DNA from: Octopus vulgaris | Taxonomy: Eukaryota | DNA length: 64,000 bases | Reading direction: 5' to 3' | Assembly: GCA_951406725.2 (NCBI GenBank) | Contig: OX597815.1 | Location: forward strand, 11,966,001 to 12,030,000 | In this document: positions 26,056 to 40,468 of the stretch, in pieces | How the letters are laid out: each line of letters starts with the position of its first letter | How positions within the stretch are numbered: the stretch's first letter is position 1 | Position numbers and translations under genes: made by a program | Notes under the pieces: model-generated | Database searches by the model: none | What the model was told of the DNA's origin: nothing | Seen by the model: only the letters and a program-made list of their open reading frames with translations

Positions 26056-27871
26056 ATATCTCTATACGTATTTTCTTCCTCCTAACTTAGTAAGCGATTT
26101 TACTACTCCAACTACAAACATACATATATAGAGCTTTTTCCTTCAGTTCTTTTAAATTTTGAAAAACATATTAACTGAGGGTCATGTGCAAGGCATGTAT
26201 TTCCTAATATATTTTACTAAGATCTGAAACGTATGTATTGAATACTTTCAAAATATCATTAATTGTTTTGACTTCAGCATTACACATTATATATCTACTC
26301 TATAAATGAGCGTGTATGTGGTTTTGTATGTGTGTCTAGTGCCGGAGGGGTCAAAAATGGTACGTCTGCGGAAAAAAAGATTAATTTGATTTTCGAACTT
26401 TGCGTCTCAAAGAGAAGGTTGTCGGAAAATAAAAAAAATATATATATAATTCGCTAGAAGAATTTGCTCAATTTTTAGATCAGCAAATCTCCCACTTGCA
26501 ATCTGTCACACTCTCACACTCGCGTTGTATAAGAATTATCTCACATGCATGCAAGAAAGAACAACTAAATTTCACTTAAATTGGACACCTTTTCATATGA
26601 AAATTATTTTGAAATTATAAACATAAATAAATCGGAGATTCGTACTACTCGTATTTCAAGACTGTGACTAAAATGAAATTTCGAAACAGTGGCAATTTTA
26701 GGATTTAGGGGTGATGGTGGCAAAAGTATATAAAAAAATTTATTTAAAATTCCGTATTGTTTTAAATTGGGTTTCATTTTCTATTTCCATAGTAAACTGA
26801 TATGCGTGTGTGCGCGTGTGCGTGCGAGTGTGAGTGTTAGCGTGTGTGTCTTGTCTGTAAGTGTTTAAAAAACTACAAAATGAAAATATATAAAAGAAAC
26901 ATGCATTATAATTCCCATTCATTTACAATGCATTTGTGTGAAATTTAAGCAATTCATTTCTTACAAGTGCCATCGATACGTTTGAATTAGCTTAAACTAA
27001 ACAGACAGACGAATGTAAAAGATTCTACTTTAAATACACTTCCTTTTTAATTCTCTTACCGTGCACAATTATGTATGTATAAATATGCACAATACGCAAC
27101 CCCAAAAATCTACAGACACGCCATAACATCTTCAAACAAAAGTTAAACACGGTTACATGTGCGAAACCCAATGCGGACTGACCCCTACATAAATTATTTG
27201 AAAAAAACTACATTTGCTATCAATTATCTTTATATGTGAAGCTATAAAAAAATTTATATAATGTGCATTTGGCATGCGTATACCATAGGCATTTGATTTA
27301 GGAACACTGACAAAGTACGTATTTATGTTATTCCCGCAGTATATCTGGGAAACGGTTGAATACTTTCCCAAGATTGATCCCAATAAAAATTATTGTTTGT
27401 GTGTGTTTGTATTACCCTGCTGTCACTGGTAGTCAACTATTCCAACATGTACAATGCTTTCTGTTCAACATTAGAAGATCCCGTACTAATAAACAAAACA
27501 CATGAAGACTTTGAGTCTCACACATTTCACCCAGAAAGTTTGACTGCTGGAAATGTATGCGTCTGCCCAATTATTTTGAATAAAGGTATAGCTTGCTATT
27601 TCTGGAAGGCCCGGGGAACTCTCCTAATTCGAACTCTGAAACTGATGACTGGAAAATGTACCACGTGGAATTTTGACCGACGCGCTATCATTTTTACTGC
27701 TGCAATCCCTAGACATGTAATGTATTTTATCAACCCGGAAGGATGAAAGGGGCAGTTAGCCACGTTGCAATTTTAACTCTACACGCAAAGGAAACGAACA
27801 AAGTACCGTAAATTATTTTATCGACGCCTCAACGCTTCTGACATTTTAAGTGTTGTGTGTGTGTAGGTGTT

Positions 27872-27928
<57 letters not shown>

Positions 27929-29240
27929 TCGTATACATTTCTTCATGCATATTTTGGAAATAAGCGACCTGTGCAATAGAAAACAATTCATTTTGTTAAT
28001 ACATCTCGAAAACCCTTCCACTTCAAATGCATCTTTATATATTTCTTTGAACAATAAAACTTGTTCCCAATAAATATTTTAACTACGGGTATACTCAGAT
28101 GTGTTTCTAACCTCTCGTGTGGGCGCAATGCATTATTATAGATACATTAACCAAGCTACGTCATTTTCCCGTTGAAACTGAAGACAGTAGGGCATGAAAC
28201 ATTTTCGTTCTAAGTTTTCACCTGAACAATTTGGTGAAAACTAGATAAAGGTTAATATACAGCGATATAACACGATGATTTAAGGAAAGAAAAATATTAT
28301 TATGGAAATTATTTCCTGCTGTAATAAAGATTTGTAAAGAGTAGATGTGCTTTTAGAAGTATCTACGGTAACCTTAAATAGCATTTGTAACTCTTGGTCA
28401 TAAAACTGAGGATATAAAAAGACAACCAAAGATGGATGGTCTCTTCCGGAACAGAATATCTGCTGTTGAAAATTCCATGATGCATAAGGCAGAAAAGGTT
28501 GGCTCAAATGTTCTGTGATTTATCTCATATGTGTATTAAATATTCCTTACCAGTACACCAAATACACATTTGCATAGAATTGGGCACATGGGGATACATG
28601 TGCGCATATTTTAGAGGAAATGACATGACAAACGATGCAAACGCATAAAAGGCAGACACACGCGTTCATTTGCATACATATTATATAGATTTTATGTAAA
28701 AGCTGTGTTATATTGCAATGGATATGCTTGACAAAGCATTATAACATTTATACTAAGCATTTCTCTGTTTGTGAATTGGTTATAGACATCGGACTATGGT
28801 CATTCTGGAGCACGGTTTTCAAGTATTTCAGTTGATGATGTTGATCCGAATTCCTTTAGAATCTTGTACTTCATTTACCGAAATGGTATGAATTAACATA
28901 AATAAGTAAAGTACTATTCATCTTTCCTTCGATAGAAACCTATGCAATTCACAAATCAGTGTAACAAAATTAAAATATGTTACATATGTTATTGGATTTT
29001 TTCGATATCAATGTTAGAAATGTTGAAAAATTAATGTATGAATATACATGCAATTATGATTTTATAGACTACATATAAGTAGGTGTATATGTGTGGTGTT
29101 TGTATTGTTACTTAACCCAACCAAGGAGATGACCAAGAAGAATATTTAGCGCGTCATCAAAATGTTTAGTGGTACCTCGTTCGGGCCGTTATGCTCTGAG
29201 TTCAAATACCGCCGGTGTACACAATGCCCTGCTTAGTACT

Positions 29241-29591
29241 GAGGAGGAGGAGGAGACCCCCTTCGGTCATGAATGACCATGGGGTTGCACCTAGAAAGTT
29301 ACCCTCTGAGGCATAAGCCTGGTCAAAGTTGTTTATAGAAGGCCAGCAGTCGCCCGTGCATACCAGCCTCCCCTCTCCACACCACCGGTATTATCCAAGG
29401 GAAAGGGGCCAATACAGCTTGGCAGCTGTGATGTTGCAACTCATTTCTACAGCTGAGTGAACTGGAGCAACGTGAAATAAAGTGTCTTGCCCAAGAACAC
29501 AACACGCAGCCCGGTCCTCGAATCGAACTCATAACCTCACGATCGTAAGCTCGACGCTCTGACCACTGAGCCATGCGCCTTCACGAGCCAC
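29241..29591 (-). mobile_element. Type-2 (OR-like CORE) SINE with a different 3' tail and (CTC)n end, nested in a decayed type-3 SINE (about 29140-29660)
   Basis: Reverse complement shows A box TGGCTCAGTGG, B box GTTCGATTC and the same core as 11547-11873. TSD gcttagtact lies at 29231-29240 and 29592-29601. Confidence 0.9.
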
Positions 29592-31117
29592 GCTTAGTAC
29601 TAGTGTCAATGTAATTGACTTGCACACTCCACTCGAAATACCTGTTCTTGTGCTACAATTAAAATGAATTAAAATGAATAAAGTTGATGCAACCAAGTTA
29701 TATTAAGGTTGCATAAGCGAATCCGATCTTTCTTCTCTAAATGGAGTGAAAATTTTTGCTTCAATTCATATATGAACTCTATGAATTCATATATGTTTTG
29801 AACATTCTAATGCAGAGTTGTTTAGGGAATAAACAAGTCAAATCCTACTTGGGTAATGCATGATAAGATATTTCCGTTTCGTTTATCCAGCTAATATTTG
29901 TAAACATCTAGTGGGAGAAAGTAAGGACTATTGTGGCTGGACTTCAGCAGAAGTATACGTGCACGCACACATAAACACGCACACACACACACACTCTTTA
30001 CACTCACGCACACAGACTCGTAGCCGGAGAAATTTGTGGTATTAATCAAATGGTTTCACAATGGTAGTTCTATCTCTTTTCTTGTAGTCCATGGAATAAA
30101 GCAGGGCTGTGTACTCGCTCCAATGCCGTTTGCATTATTTCTGGATACCAATGTATAAAAGTAGGGAAAATCCAAGTCACAGTTAAAGTGAAAATGTATG
30201 GAAGAGTGGACGCTGGTTTGTTGAAGATATATTCAGTAACATTAAGCTGAAAGTAACACTCTATGATATTTCCTTAATGACTTAGCTGTATCTATCAATT
30301 CCATAGAAAATGTCCAAAAACTTACCATTTTGACATATGACATCAGCTTTCATCCTACCAGTAAATGTAAAAATGACTGAAATTACGAATCAGACTCCAC
30401 GTGTAGCGCTGAAGCATGCGACTCAGCCCTTCTTGAATGCGATTCAACAAGTATAGTCAGTTGAGGAAGTGCGGTTTCTGATATGTGGTAGTGGATCACC
30501 GTATACGCTACTTTATGGTCACCTTCGGTGATTTTAGTAATCATTTGTTGTACAGCATGGCATAAAACTACCCAGAAGCGGCAAAGTTTTCCGAGTAGTA
30601 GTACTATCTTCTGAGTTGATACTATATGAACTGTATAGATGTAGATGATATGCCAATCACAACGGATAAGACTAGATTAAAACTTCCTTGGTGAGACTAT
30701 ATGACGAACAATACTGTCCTGGAGATTGCAAATATGTCATCTGTGCGATTACTCTACGGGATCGCACAGAGTGGGATACGTTATATATGTGGATAGCACG
30801 AAGACACAAGGATTCCCAAGTCTGTGTCTGAGGGTGAACTGAAATGTGGACAGCCATTATAAACAGCGCTCGAAATATCGTAATCAGATGTCCTAAAATG
30901 ATATTTTGACGTTCATGGCCTGAATGCAACTCACTGCAGTGAGGGTTATAAAGAACTGAAAAAATATTAGGAGGTGTAATTAGATGAAAGAGAAGAAATA
31001 ATAGACAGGAAAATCGACAATATCCAATACATTATATTGTTCAACTGGATTCAGAAATATTGCGATCCAGCATATAGAAATAGCAGCTAGCCACCCTCAA
31101 AATACGTAAAACCTTTA

Positions 31118-31182
<65 letters not shown>

Positions 31183-31459
31183 GCATGTGTAGTGCCTAAT
31201 GAGGAGAACGTCCTCGTAGTAGCAAGACAGAACTGGAAATGGTAGCAAAGTCCTGCGCTAATCACGAGCTACGATCTAAATGTGCATGCATGTATAATTA
31301 CGCATACGAGCAAAATAGGGATACATCTACATAGTGGTTAAATCTGGTAGAAATATCAGCCAAATCACCCTGAAATCAAACTATATTCACCGTGTGTTAC
31401 TTTGATGCATTATTTGGCTATTGCCACGTTCTACCGCTAGTACCTATGTGTGTGTGTAC

Positions 31460-31557
<98 letters not shown>

Positions 31558-32189
31558 CTATATATGTATCATTACTTTTACGAGGAAAAACGTTGAGTGA
31601 CTATAAATTTTCGGCTTAGTGGCTGTTGTCAGACATTTGCACAAAAGCCACTATGACAAATCTTCTAAGTCACTATGAATCTCTTCGCTGAAAAGGAAGA
31701 ATATAAGTTTTATTGAAAAGTATTGAGTGATCTTTCAATATAATGTATAACAGTTTTTTTTTTTATTCGCATAACAATTGATAAATGTATACATATGTAT
31801 GTATGTGTGTGTTCGTGTCTGTGTCTGATAATATGAATACGGATTTGAGCGCATATGTTTTTTTAAATATTTATATATGTGTATAGGCTGTCATGTATTA
31901 ATAAGCAAAAATCGATTAATGCTGCATAATTCTCGGTGGACCTTTATTCCAGAACTTTGATCTAGTCTCAGCTGTTTTAATTTGTTTTGGTGTATAGGTG
32001 GTTCACCCAGATGTAAATATCATTCTTATTTGTACCAGTATTTTCCCTACGCTGTGTCAGCATAAAATACCTAAGGTAAATATATGAAAGCAATAACTGG
32101 TCCAGTAGATTTATGATCTGAGTCGTCGTTTCAGGCGTATTTTTGTCTGTGTTATGTAATGAAAAATTATTGTTTAAGCCAGCGAGAGA

Positions 32190-33348
32190 TTTAGTTAGTT
32201 AGTTAGTTAATTTGGCTCAAAAGCAAATAGCAAGGCCATGTAGGGGGACATGGAGTTAAGTACAGGGTGGTGTTCATGTAAAGAGTTTCAGGCCACTTGA
32301 GGTCCAGGGAGGCTTTGAACAAAGCGGTCGTCGGCATCTTCACCATCTCGTCTGGCAGCTTGTTCCTTCGACTGAGATGAAATCGTCGCAGGTAGAGCTT
32401 TTCGGAATGACCCCGCAGCCGACGCTCCGGAGCAGGAGTGAAGAACAGCTCTTTCGAGAGGTTACACTTCCCGCTTATGATGTTGGGGGCGAGAATGAGA
32501 TCACCACGGCGGCGGCGTTTTTCAAGAGAATAAAGGTCGAGCGTCCTCAGCCTTTCTTCGTAGGACAAATTTTTGAGACCATGAACCATGCGGGTAGCCA
32601 GCCTCTGGACTCTTTCGAGGTGCTGTATGTCTTTGAGTAGATAAGGAGAAGAGGCTTGAATCCCATACTCCAATATGGGTCTCACCAGCGTGACATAGAG
32701 TGGCAGGAATATGGCTGCTGTGAGCATTCCGAATGACCGTCGAATCAAAAACAGAATTCCGCGCGCTTTGTTGGCAGCATGGACGCACTGGGCCGAAGGC
32801 GAAAAGGAGGAATCCACCAAGATACCCAGGTCCTTTACCTGATCGGTCCTCTCCAGCAGCAGACGACCCGGCTCGAAATCAAGTTGAGTTGCAGGAGTAG
32901 AGCCGACAGGCAGATGACAGCACTTTGACACGTTCAGACACAGGTCCCAATCGTTAGACCACTTCCAAATTTGGTGGAGGCAACGACGAAGATCCTCTAT
33001 ACTACCGCGAGGAGCGACCAGTTTGATATCGTCGGCAAATAGAAGGGTGTGTTGCGTGAGGTCGTCGGGCAAGTCATTTATGAAGACTAAGAACAACAAG
33101 GGCCCAAGCACTGAACCTTGAGGCACGCCACTGCTCGCACTGGAGACGTCGTACCGCGAACCATTAACTTGAACTTGGAAGGAGCGATCTGAGAGGAAGG
33201 CACCAACCCATCGTACAATATCCGGATGGAAACTATATGCTTGAAGCTTGACAAGTAGTAGGCGGTGGTTTACCGAGTCAAAAGCTTTGGCAAAGTCCAA
33301 TAAAACGATGTCAACAGCATCACTATCATCGAGGATGCGCGTCACCAG
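32190..33348 (-). mobile_element. 5'-truncated CR1-group LINE (RT and C-terminal region) with (AACT)n tail
   Basis: ORF 32203-33345 contains LDFAKAFDSV, GVPQGSVLGPLLF, FADD, KDLGI, VRPILEY and SYEERL..LYSLEKRRRRGDLI. The tail ttagttagttagttag lies at 32191-32208. Confidence 0.95.
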
Positions 33349-33399
33349 TTGTGCATGTAGTCATGGACAACCTGAAATATACAGGTTTTCTTTTCTAAA

Positions 33400-33453
33400 T
33401 GGCATGCCTAATGCAAAAATTACTTTTTAGTAATTTTTGCATTGGGCATGCTA
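33400..33453. repeat. Hairpin with about 25-bp stem and 4-nt loop
   Basis: gcatgcctaatgcaaaaattact-tttt-agtaatttttgcattgggcatgc, with one internal G:T pair. Confidence 0.85.
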
Positions 33454-34215
33454 TATTCTTTTTAGTAATGTTGCCCTACTGATGAGTTATGTCACATGGA
33501 AATCGTGCCCAAGCCTGATTTCGACATTCACGCTTACATACTAATAGCGTTTAGATTTCTAGTTCGCTGAAGTGAGTTAAGTCATCGGGGATAATACAAT
33601 GTTGGGGCACTATCATCAATGCCAATTCTTTTATGTTGTTGATGTTTCTTTACTGAGGGCCAAGATTATTGGGTTCAATAATGCTAATGTGTTTTAAATG
33701 TATCAAATTGATAGATGCTAGACCGAAGTGGATATTAGCACTTTAAATCTTAATAAAATAAATTCTTTTAAGGAAGGTAGTTATATTATAGCAAACGTTT
33801 AGTTGTTAAACTATTATAAAATAAATTCTTGATACAAACGAATGAAAAAATAAATCCTGGGATCAGATAGTATCTAAAATTCGTAAACGTATTGTTTCGG
33901 GTGATTTTAATCGTATCTAGAACAATCACTCGCTCCAGTTATTTATCAGTTTACTTGACATTGTTTATGTAGTCACTACAAATAAGGACGGCTAAGTGTA
34001 TGAATATTTAATGTTATATCCCATATCTCGTGTGTAATTTGATGGCGACATGCCGCTATTCAACCATTTAGTGGGTTCAATCACTTAATGGGTTTTTTAT
34101 TGACTTGACTCGAAGCATTTCTCCCGTCCTTGTACAAAGAGATCTAATAATTTCAATAGAAACCCTTTACGAAAATAAATAGGGAAATGGACGCTCATTA
34201 TTAATTACTTCAATG

Positions 34216-34660
34216 AGGCGGCGGGCTTGCAGAATAGTTAGCACTCTGGACACAATCCTTAGAGGAGATTTGTCCGTCTTTATGTTCTGAATTCGAAACC
34301 CACCGAGGCTCAATTTGTCTTTTATCGTCTTGGGGTCGAGAAAATAAATACCAATTGATGATTGGGGCTGATGTCATCTGTCAGCCATTTTCCCCTAAAT
34401 TTCGAGCTTTGGTCGCTTATTAGAAAGCATTATTAATTATTGCAACAATAGCATCGAGATAGCAGAAATGCTAGCGCGCCGGACAAAATACTTTGTGGCA
34501 TTTGTTCTGGCTTTACGTTCTGAACTGAATTGCTGTAGAGGTAGATTTTGCCTTTCATCCTTCCGTTGTCGTCAAATTAAATACCAGTTGAGTACTGAGA
34601 TCGATGTAATTAAACTCCCTATTCCCTCAAATTTGCTAGTCTTGTGCCAAAAGAATAATT
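34216..34660 (+). mobile_element. Two tandem decayed type-3 SINEs (about 34216-34430 and about 34450-34660)
   Basis: First copy reads ggcggcgggcttgcagaatagttagcac..ggggtcgag; second reads gcagaaatgctagcgcgccggac..ttttgcctttcatcc..taccagttgagtactg. Confidence 0.75.
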
Positions 34661-35749
34661 AATAATTATAATAGCTGTTTCAATATTTGGTGTAGTGAAA
34701 CAACTTGAAAATTAATTTTAGCCGCGTTGGACACAAAAATTCCGATATATCTCACTCATTTTAATTATCGACTTGTATAAAACTGCATATGTCAACGTAT
34801 ATATAAACAAAACATACGCACACACATACAGGCACACACAAATACACGGTTACTTTCCAAAGATATGATTCAATAGGTTTAATGATTAATTATTGGAAAC
34901 AAAATCTTCATAGAATTACGCAGTTTTGAACAAAGTCTTGGAGATAAGAAAAACGGTATTCTGAAAATAAGAACAACAAAATTACCAATAGCAACAAATT
35001 TAATAACAGGAAATACAGTTAATTAAACAACAAACTAGTGCGTTTAGTGAGAACATATTTATCAGATCTTTGATAATGGCTCATATCACACAGATTGCTG
35101 TGCTTTGTTCACAAATATCTGTTTTGTTAATGAAATTTTGCTATACAGCGTACCCTGATCAACAATACAGATACACTGCTTTAAACGGACAGTTTGTGGC
35201 GGTGGGGTTGGTATGAAACGCATTTAATTAAGGAAGCATGATTTCAATTAGAAAAGATATATCCTAGCCGAATAATTATATATTAATTACAACAATAATT
35301 AAACAAGTAAATAACTTAATAAATATTACTAGATAATACTGACTAAAATTGCGTTTTATTTGCGATATCTTTTAAAAAATAATGAATAACGTAACTCAAT
35401 TTTAAATGCTATTTCCGTAGTTTCTTGATAAAATAAAAGCGCCTTTGTTTAAGACTTAATCATTACTAATTAATATGGCGTAAAGAAACAAAGGAAGAAA
35501 TATTTTATGCAAAAAGTTTCGAATAATAAATAGGAACAAAGGAGAAAATTTGAAGTTGGCATTACATATATTGTATTATTAGAAATGTTGGGCAATTACA
35601 CAATTATCCCGAGATAGTCTTTTGTGATTTAATGTATAATTTGTGGGCAGCTCTGTTCTCGGACTTGTTGAGTCCCTAGCAATGAAGCTGTAATTACTAG
35701 TGAGGTCATTCTTCACACACAAATGTATACGCATCCTCTTAACGACACA

Positions 35750-35818
<69 letters not shown>

Positions 35819-35885
35819 GTATAGATATAGAGATTGATTCATTTATATAGACATAAATATATATGTATGTGGTTACGTAGATACA

Positions 35886-35937
<52 letters not shown>

Positions 35938-37812
35938 GCGTGTGTGTGTGTGTGTGTCTGTGTGTATAATTGAAGGGTGTAAATTTGTTAGCTTTATTGT
36001 TCGGTACATTCGAAATCTTGTCAATTGTCGCTATGCTGTTGTACAGCCCTGTGCACAATTTCCATTTGTGTTTGATGTGTCTCTTTTGTCAGATTTCCTA
36101 GAGTGTATATTTGTGTGTGTGTGTGTGTGTGATTATGTGTACGTATATGTGTGCACACATGTGTGTTTTTGAGTTTAGATATAATACGCGAATGCCTCAA
36201 GATTGTTTTGTATTAAATATAGCTTTCTGTAATTATTGGACACTCTGATGCACATTTTCACAACTTTAGCACTTCTACCAACAATAAGTAAGAAAGTAAA
36301 CCTTGTTGTTCTTATTAATTTTGTATAGTCCAATATCAACCCTTACCGAGAAAAACCAAGATGAAACTGTCTGTTTTGTCTCTTGGGCTAACGCACCAAA
36401 TCACCACCATTTCAAAATGAAGCACTCTTTGTATCTATACTTCAGTGGTGTTTCCAACTCGAAGCTATCTCATCTCGTGCCATCAATATTCCAGACTCTT
36501 CTCTACTTGCCTGTACTGTTATCATTTTGATTTCTACTATATCCGTCACCAACTACTTTCGTTAGTTGTACCATTTTTTGTAGATTTAAACCTTCTGGAA
36601 ATTCCTCCCTGCCAGTAATTTTTATTCTTTCCAATCGTAAAATTGTATGTGCTCCACGTCGGTCTTGAACAACTCGTGTGAGTCATTATCAGTAAGCGTT
36701 TTCGAAGCTAAACCGTTAAATAGAAACGAAAAACAAAAATATTTCCCAATATCTTTCACTTTTTAAAGTTAAGTTGTAATGAGAAAGAAATGTCTCCAAC
36801 AAAAATGACCTTTCAGGTAAATCCTTGATATGATTTTTGGTAATAAATTCAGTGCACGCAGCCTGTTCTGATTAGGCTGTCCCTGCTGTTAATTTGTTAA
36901 TCCCTCGAACATAATTAATATTTTCTGACAACGATTTAGAGAGTTTTAGGACTTCTTTCATCAATTTGCACATTTGCATTTCTTTAAAGTGAAGGAAGTG
37001 ATGGAAAAAGGTTATTCTTTCTAGCAGATCGAATGTCCACGTAGAGGCCCTCTCATTGGCTCGTAAAATGCAACATTGTTTCCAATTACTATACGATGAG
37101 ATATTTGGTAATAGTCTGTCCCTTTTTTGTTCATTATTTATTCAAAGCTGAATACTGATATGTTACGTTAGCTCTTTGCTGAATATTTCCAATATAGCTG
37201 TTGGTCTCTCTCTCGCTCCCTAACTCTCTCCCTCTCTATTTATCTCCATTTCTCCTTCTCCCGCTGCCTCCTTACTCCGACTTTCTCTCCCCCACCTCTC
37301 ATTCTCTCAACTGGCAAGAATCATCAAAGCTTTGAGCTGTTTCCTGCAGATTTGACTGTGATGCTAATATCATTGTTTTCCTACACGGTTTTGTAGGTTT
37401 TCCAGTATATATTTGGGAACATATTAGTAGAATATGCGTTTAAATAGTTATAACTGCTCTTCCTGTTGCTGTCAGCATTTAACCTCTCCTCGTTGTGCAG
37501 AGTTATGGTCGAAGATATTCCAACCATGATCATATCCCGGTTTCCATTAGCTTTAGTGTTTTATTTAACGAGAATAATTTAGTTTAAGTATTGTCGGTGC
37601 TATATATGCCGCGTCAACTAAGCAAGACCATTTTTGCTGTTAATGTGTCATTAAGTAATCAATATAACTCGGACGTTACCATTGGTTAACAATGGATACA
37701 TCTTTCATGAACAAAATCTGCAGAGGAAGAGAAATGCCCTGTATGGGTTAATGGGAGAAGTTAACCTCAGACCAGAAACTTAGATAGAATGATTGCATTA
37801 TTCTATAGTCCT

Positions 37813-38372
37813 AAATGTGGCAAGCATGCAGAATCGTTAGCACGCTGGACGAAATGCTTAGCGGTATTTCGTCTGTCGCTACGTTCTGCGTTCAAATTCC
37901 GCCGAGGTCGACTTTGCCTTTCATCCTTTCGGGGTCGATAAATTAAGTACCAGTTGAGCACTGGGGTTGATATAATCGACGTAATCCGTTTGTATGTCCT
38001 TGTTTGGGTAATACAGAAATAGCTATTTATTCTGCCGCTACTTTCTGAGTTAAAATTCCACCGAGGTCAACTTTGCCTTTCATCCTTTTTGGGGTCGATT
38101 AAATAAGTACCAGTTACGCACTGGGGTCGATATAATCGACTTAATCCGTTTGTCTGTCCCTGTGTGTCTCCTCTGTGTTTAGCCTCTTGTGGGTAGTAAA
38201 GAAATAGGCATTTCGCCCGTCGCTACGTGCAGAGTTCAAATTTCGCCGAGGTCAAGTTTGCCTTTTATCCTATCGGGCTCGTTGTATTAAATATCAATGA
38301 AACAATGGGGTCTCTGTAATCGACACGCCTCCTCCACACATAATTTAAACATTTGTGCCTTTATTAGATATG
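37813..38372 (+). mobile_element. Trimeric type-3 SINE
   Basis: Three bodies in tandem; a 16-bp TSD attattctatagtcct lies at 37797-37812 and 38373-38388. Confidence 0.9.
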
Positions 38373-38875
38373 ATTATTCTATAGTCCTTTAACTGCATAC
38401 AAGGACAGACTTAAACGGACGACAAATTTAACAAACATTAAATTCCTGTTCACATATATGGCAAGTTAAGCTGCTGCACTTGTATATTGTTAGCGACTAT
38501 GCTGGTATTCAAAGAAGCGACGTTCCTCTTTATATGAAGAGACGATATTATGTAAACCCCTGAGGAAAATATCTCAGACTTGTTAAATAATAAATTAACA
38601 CAATTACGTCAACGGCTATCTGGAAATACAGCACAAAGTAAAACAAAGCCTGATAGTGGTATTAAATATGTAATTTATTGTTTCTTCCTTTTCTCAGCAT
38701 CGAAGAAAGTGGTAAGCGGTTCCTAATGTATTTCTAACGAGTGACAAAACTAAATTATCCCTTATTCATTCAAACATAAAGAAAATATACGATTTTACTA
38801 TAGCGACACAAAATACCTATGTCTTAAGCATGCAAATGATAAATATTTGTGTGTCAAATTATGAGTGTGGTGTGT

Positions 38876-39036
38876 ATATGTGTATGTATACGTATATATG
38901 TACATATACGTATATATGTACATATATGTACATATATGTGTATACGTATATATGTACATATACGTATATATGTACATATATGTACATATATGTGTATACG
39001 TATATATGTACATATATATGTACACATACGTATATA
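38876..39036. repeat. 54-bp higher-order minisatellite of strictly alternating purine/pyrimidine
   Basis: Unit tatacgtatatatgtacatatacgtatatatgtacatatatgtacatatatgtg, about 2.7 copies. Confidence 0.85.
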
Positions 39037-39445
39037 TTTACATATATATACAAACAATAGGATTGAAAGAGAGAGGGGTAGAGATAAGAGATGGAATAAC
39101 TGTATTTTGTTTAAGGAGAAATGAGGTAGTGACACATTCGTGATTAGATTTAAGTATTAATACAATATATTTGAATAAAGATATATATCTAACTTCAATC
39201 CATTTATCATTTCAGAAAATGCAGTTATTACATTTAAGAAGATACGAATTTATCTGACGGATAAATATGAGAACTATTTTTTGAAGTAATTATTTCAACA
39301 AGCCTCAGTAGGCAGCGTAGTATTTATGAAATAGTCCAGCAAGCGTCAACTACTATATCATTACTACCTGTTAAATTTTAAGCTTCTATAGATTATTAGT
39401 CGAGCAAACATGACACGAAAAAATCATGAATTACCATTTTCGTTA

Positions 39446-39830
39446 AGGTCGCAAGCTGACAGAATCATTACCGCGCTGAGCGAAACGCATTTCTTCCGAC
39501 TCCAAATGCCGCCGGGATAGACTTTGCTTCACACCCTTTCGGTGTCGATAGTATAAGCATCATCTGAATACTAGAGTCGATGTAATCAACTTACCTACTC
39601 TACTAAATTTACTAGCCCTAAAATTTGAAACTAACACTAGTATTTGCTAAAATTTGAAACTAATATCAGTATTTGAGTTACGTCTTCGAACGAAAAGGAA
39701 CATTAGTACCTCAGGTAAAATGCTTAGCGGCATTTCGTCTGCCGAGGTCGACTAGTTGCGCACTGGGGTCGATATAATCGATTAAGCACCCAAAATTTCA
39801 GACCTTGTGCCTGTAGTAGAAAGGAATATT
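39446..39830 (+). mobile_element. Two decayed or internally deleted type-3 SINEs
   Basis: First reads aaggtcgcaagctgacagaatc..gactttgc..gtcgat; second reads aaatgcttagcggcatttcgtctgccgaggtcgac|tagttgcgcactggggtcgat. Confidence 0.7.
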
Positions 39831-40066
39831 ACTATTTGTGATCTCTCCCCTCTTTTTTTCGTTTGTATTTGTTTAATATCAGAATATATTACTTAAAATG
39901 AAACAAGCAATGTGTGTTTTATGTAAGCTTAATGTACATTGTGATCCTTTTTACTCAATGTACTGATATTAATGTTGCTGTTGTTGACGATGATGGTCGT
40001 GCTCCAACTGACGGTGTTTATACGACTGAAGATAAATATTCACAAAACTAAAGAAAAGTGAATCCA

Positions 40067-40468
40067 TTACTCTTTACTCTTTTACTTGTTTCAGTCATTT
40101 GACTGCGGCCATGCTGGAGCACCACCTTTAGTCGAGCAAATCGACCCCGGGACTTATTCTTTGTAAGCCCAGTACTTATTCTATCGGTCTCTTTTGCCGA
40201 TCCGCTAAGTGACGGGGACGTAAACACACCAGCATCGGTTGTTAAGCAATACTAGGGAGACAAACACAGACACACAAACACATATATATATATATATATA
40301 TACGACAGGCTTCTTTCAGTTTCCGTCTACCAAATCCACTCACAAGGCATTGGTCAGCCCTGGGGCTATAGCAGAAGACACACTTGCCCAAGATGCCACG
40401 CAGTGGGACCGAACCCGGAACCATGTGGTTGGTTAGCAAGCTACTTACCACACAGCCACTCCTGCGCC
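40067..40468 (-). mobile_element. Full-length type-1 (OK-like) SINE
   Basis: Complete head, internal (TA)n, LINE-like 3' stem-loop and (agtaaag)n tail. Confidence 0.95.

Noticed and set aside
33475-33512. CTGATGAG..GAAA hammerhead-like string
   Set aside because: Stems I-III cannot be formed convincingly.
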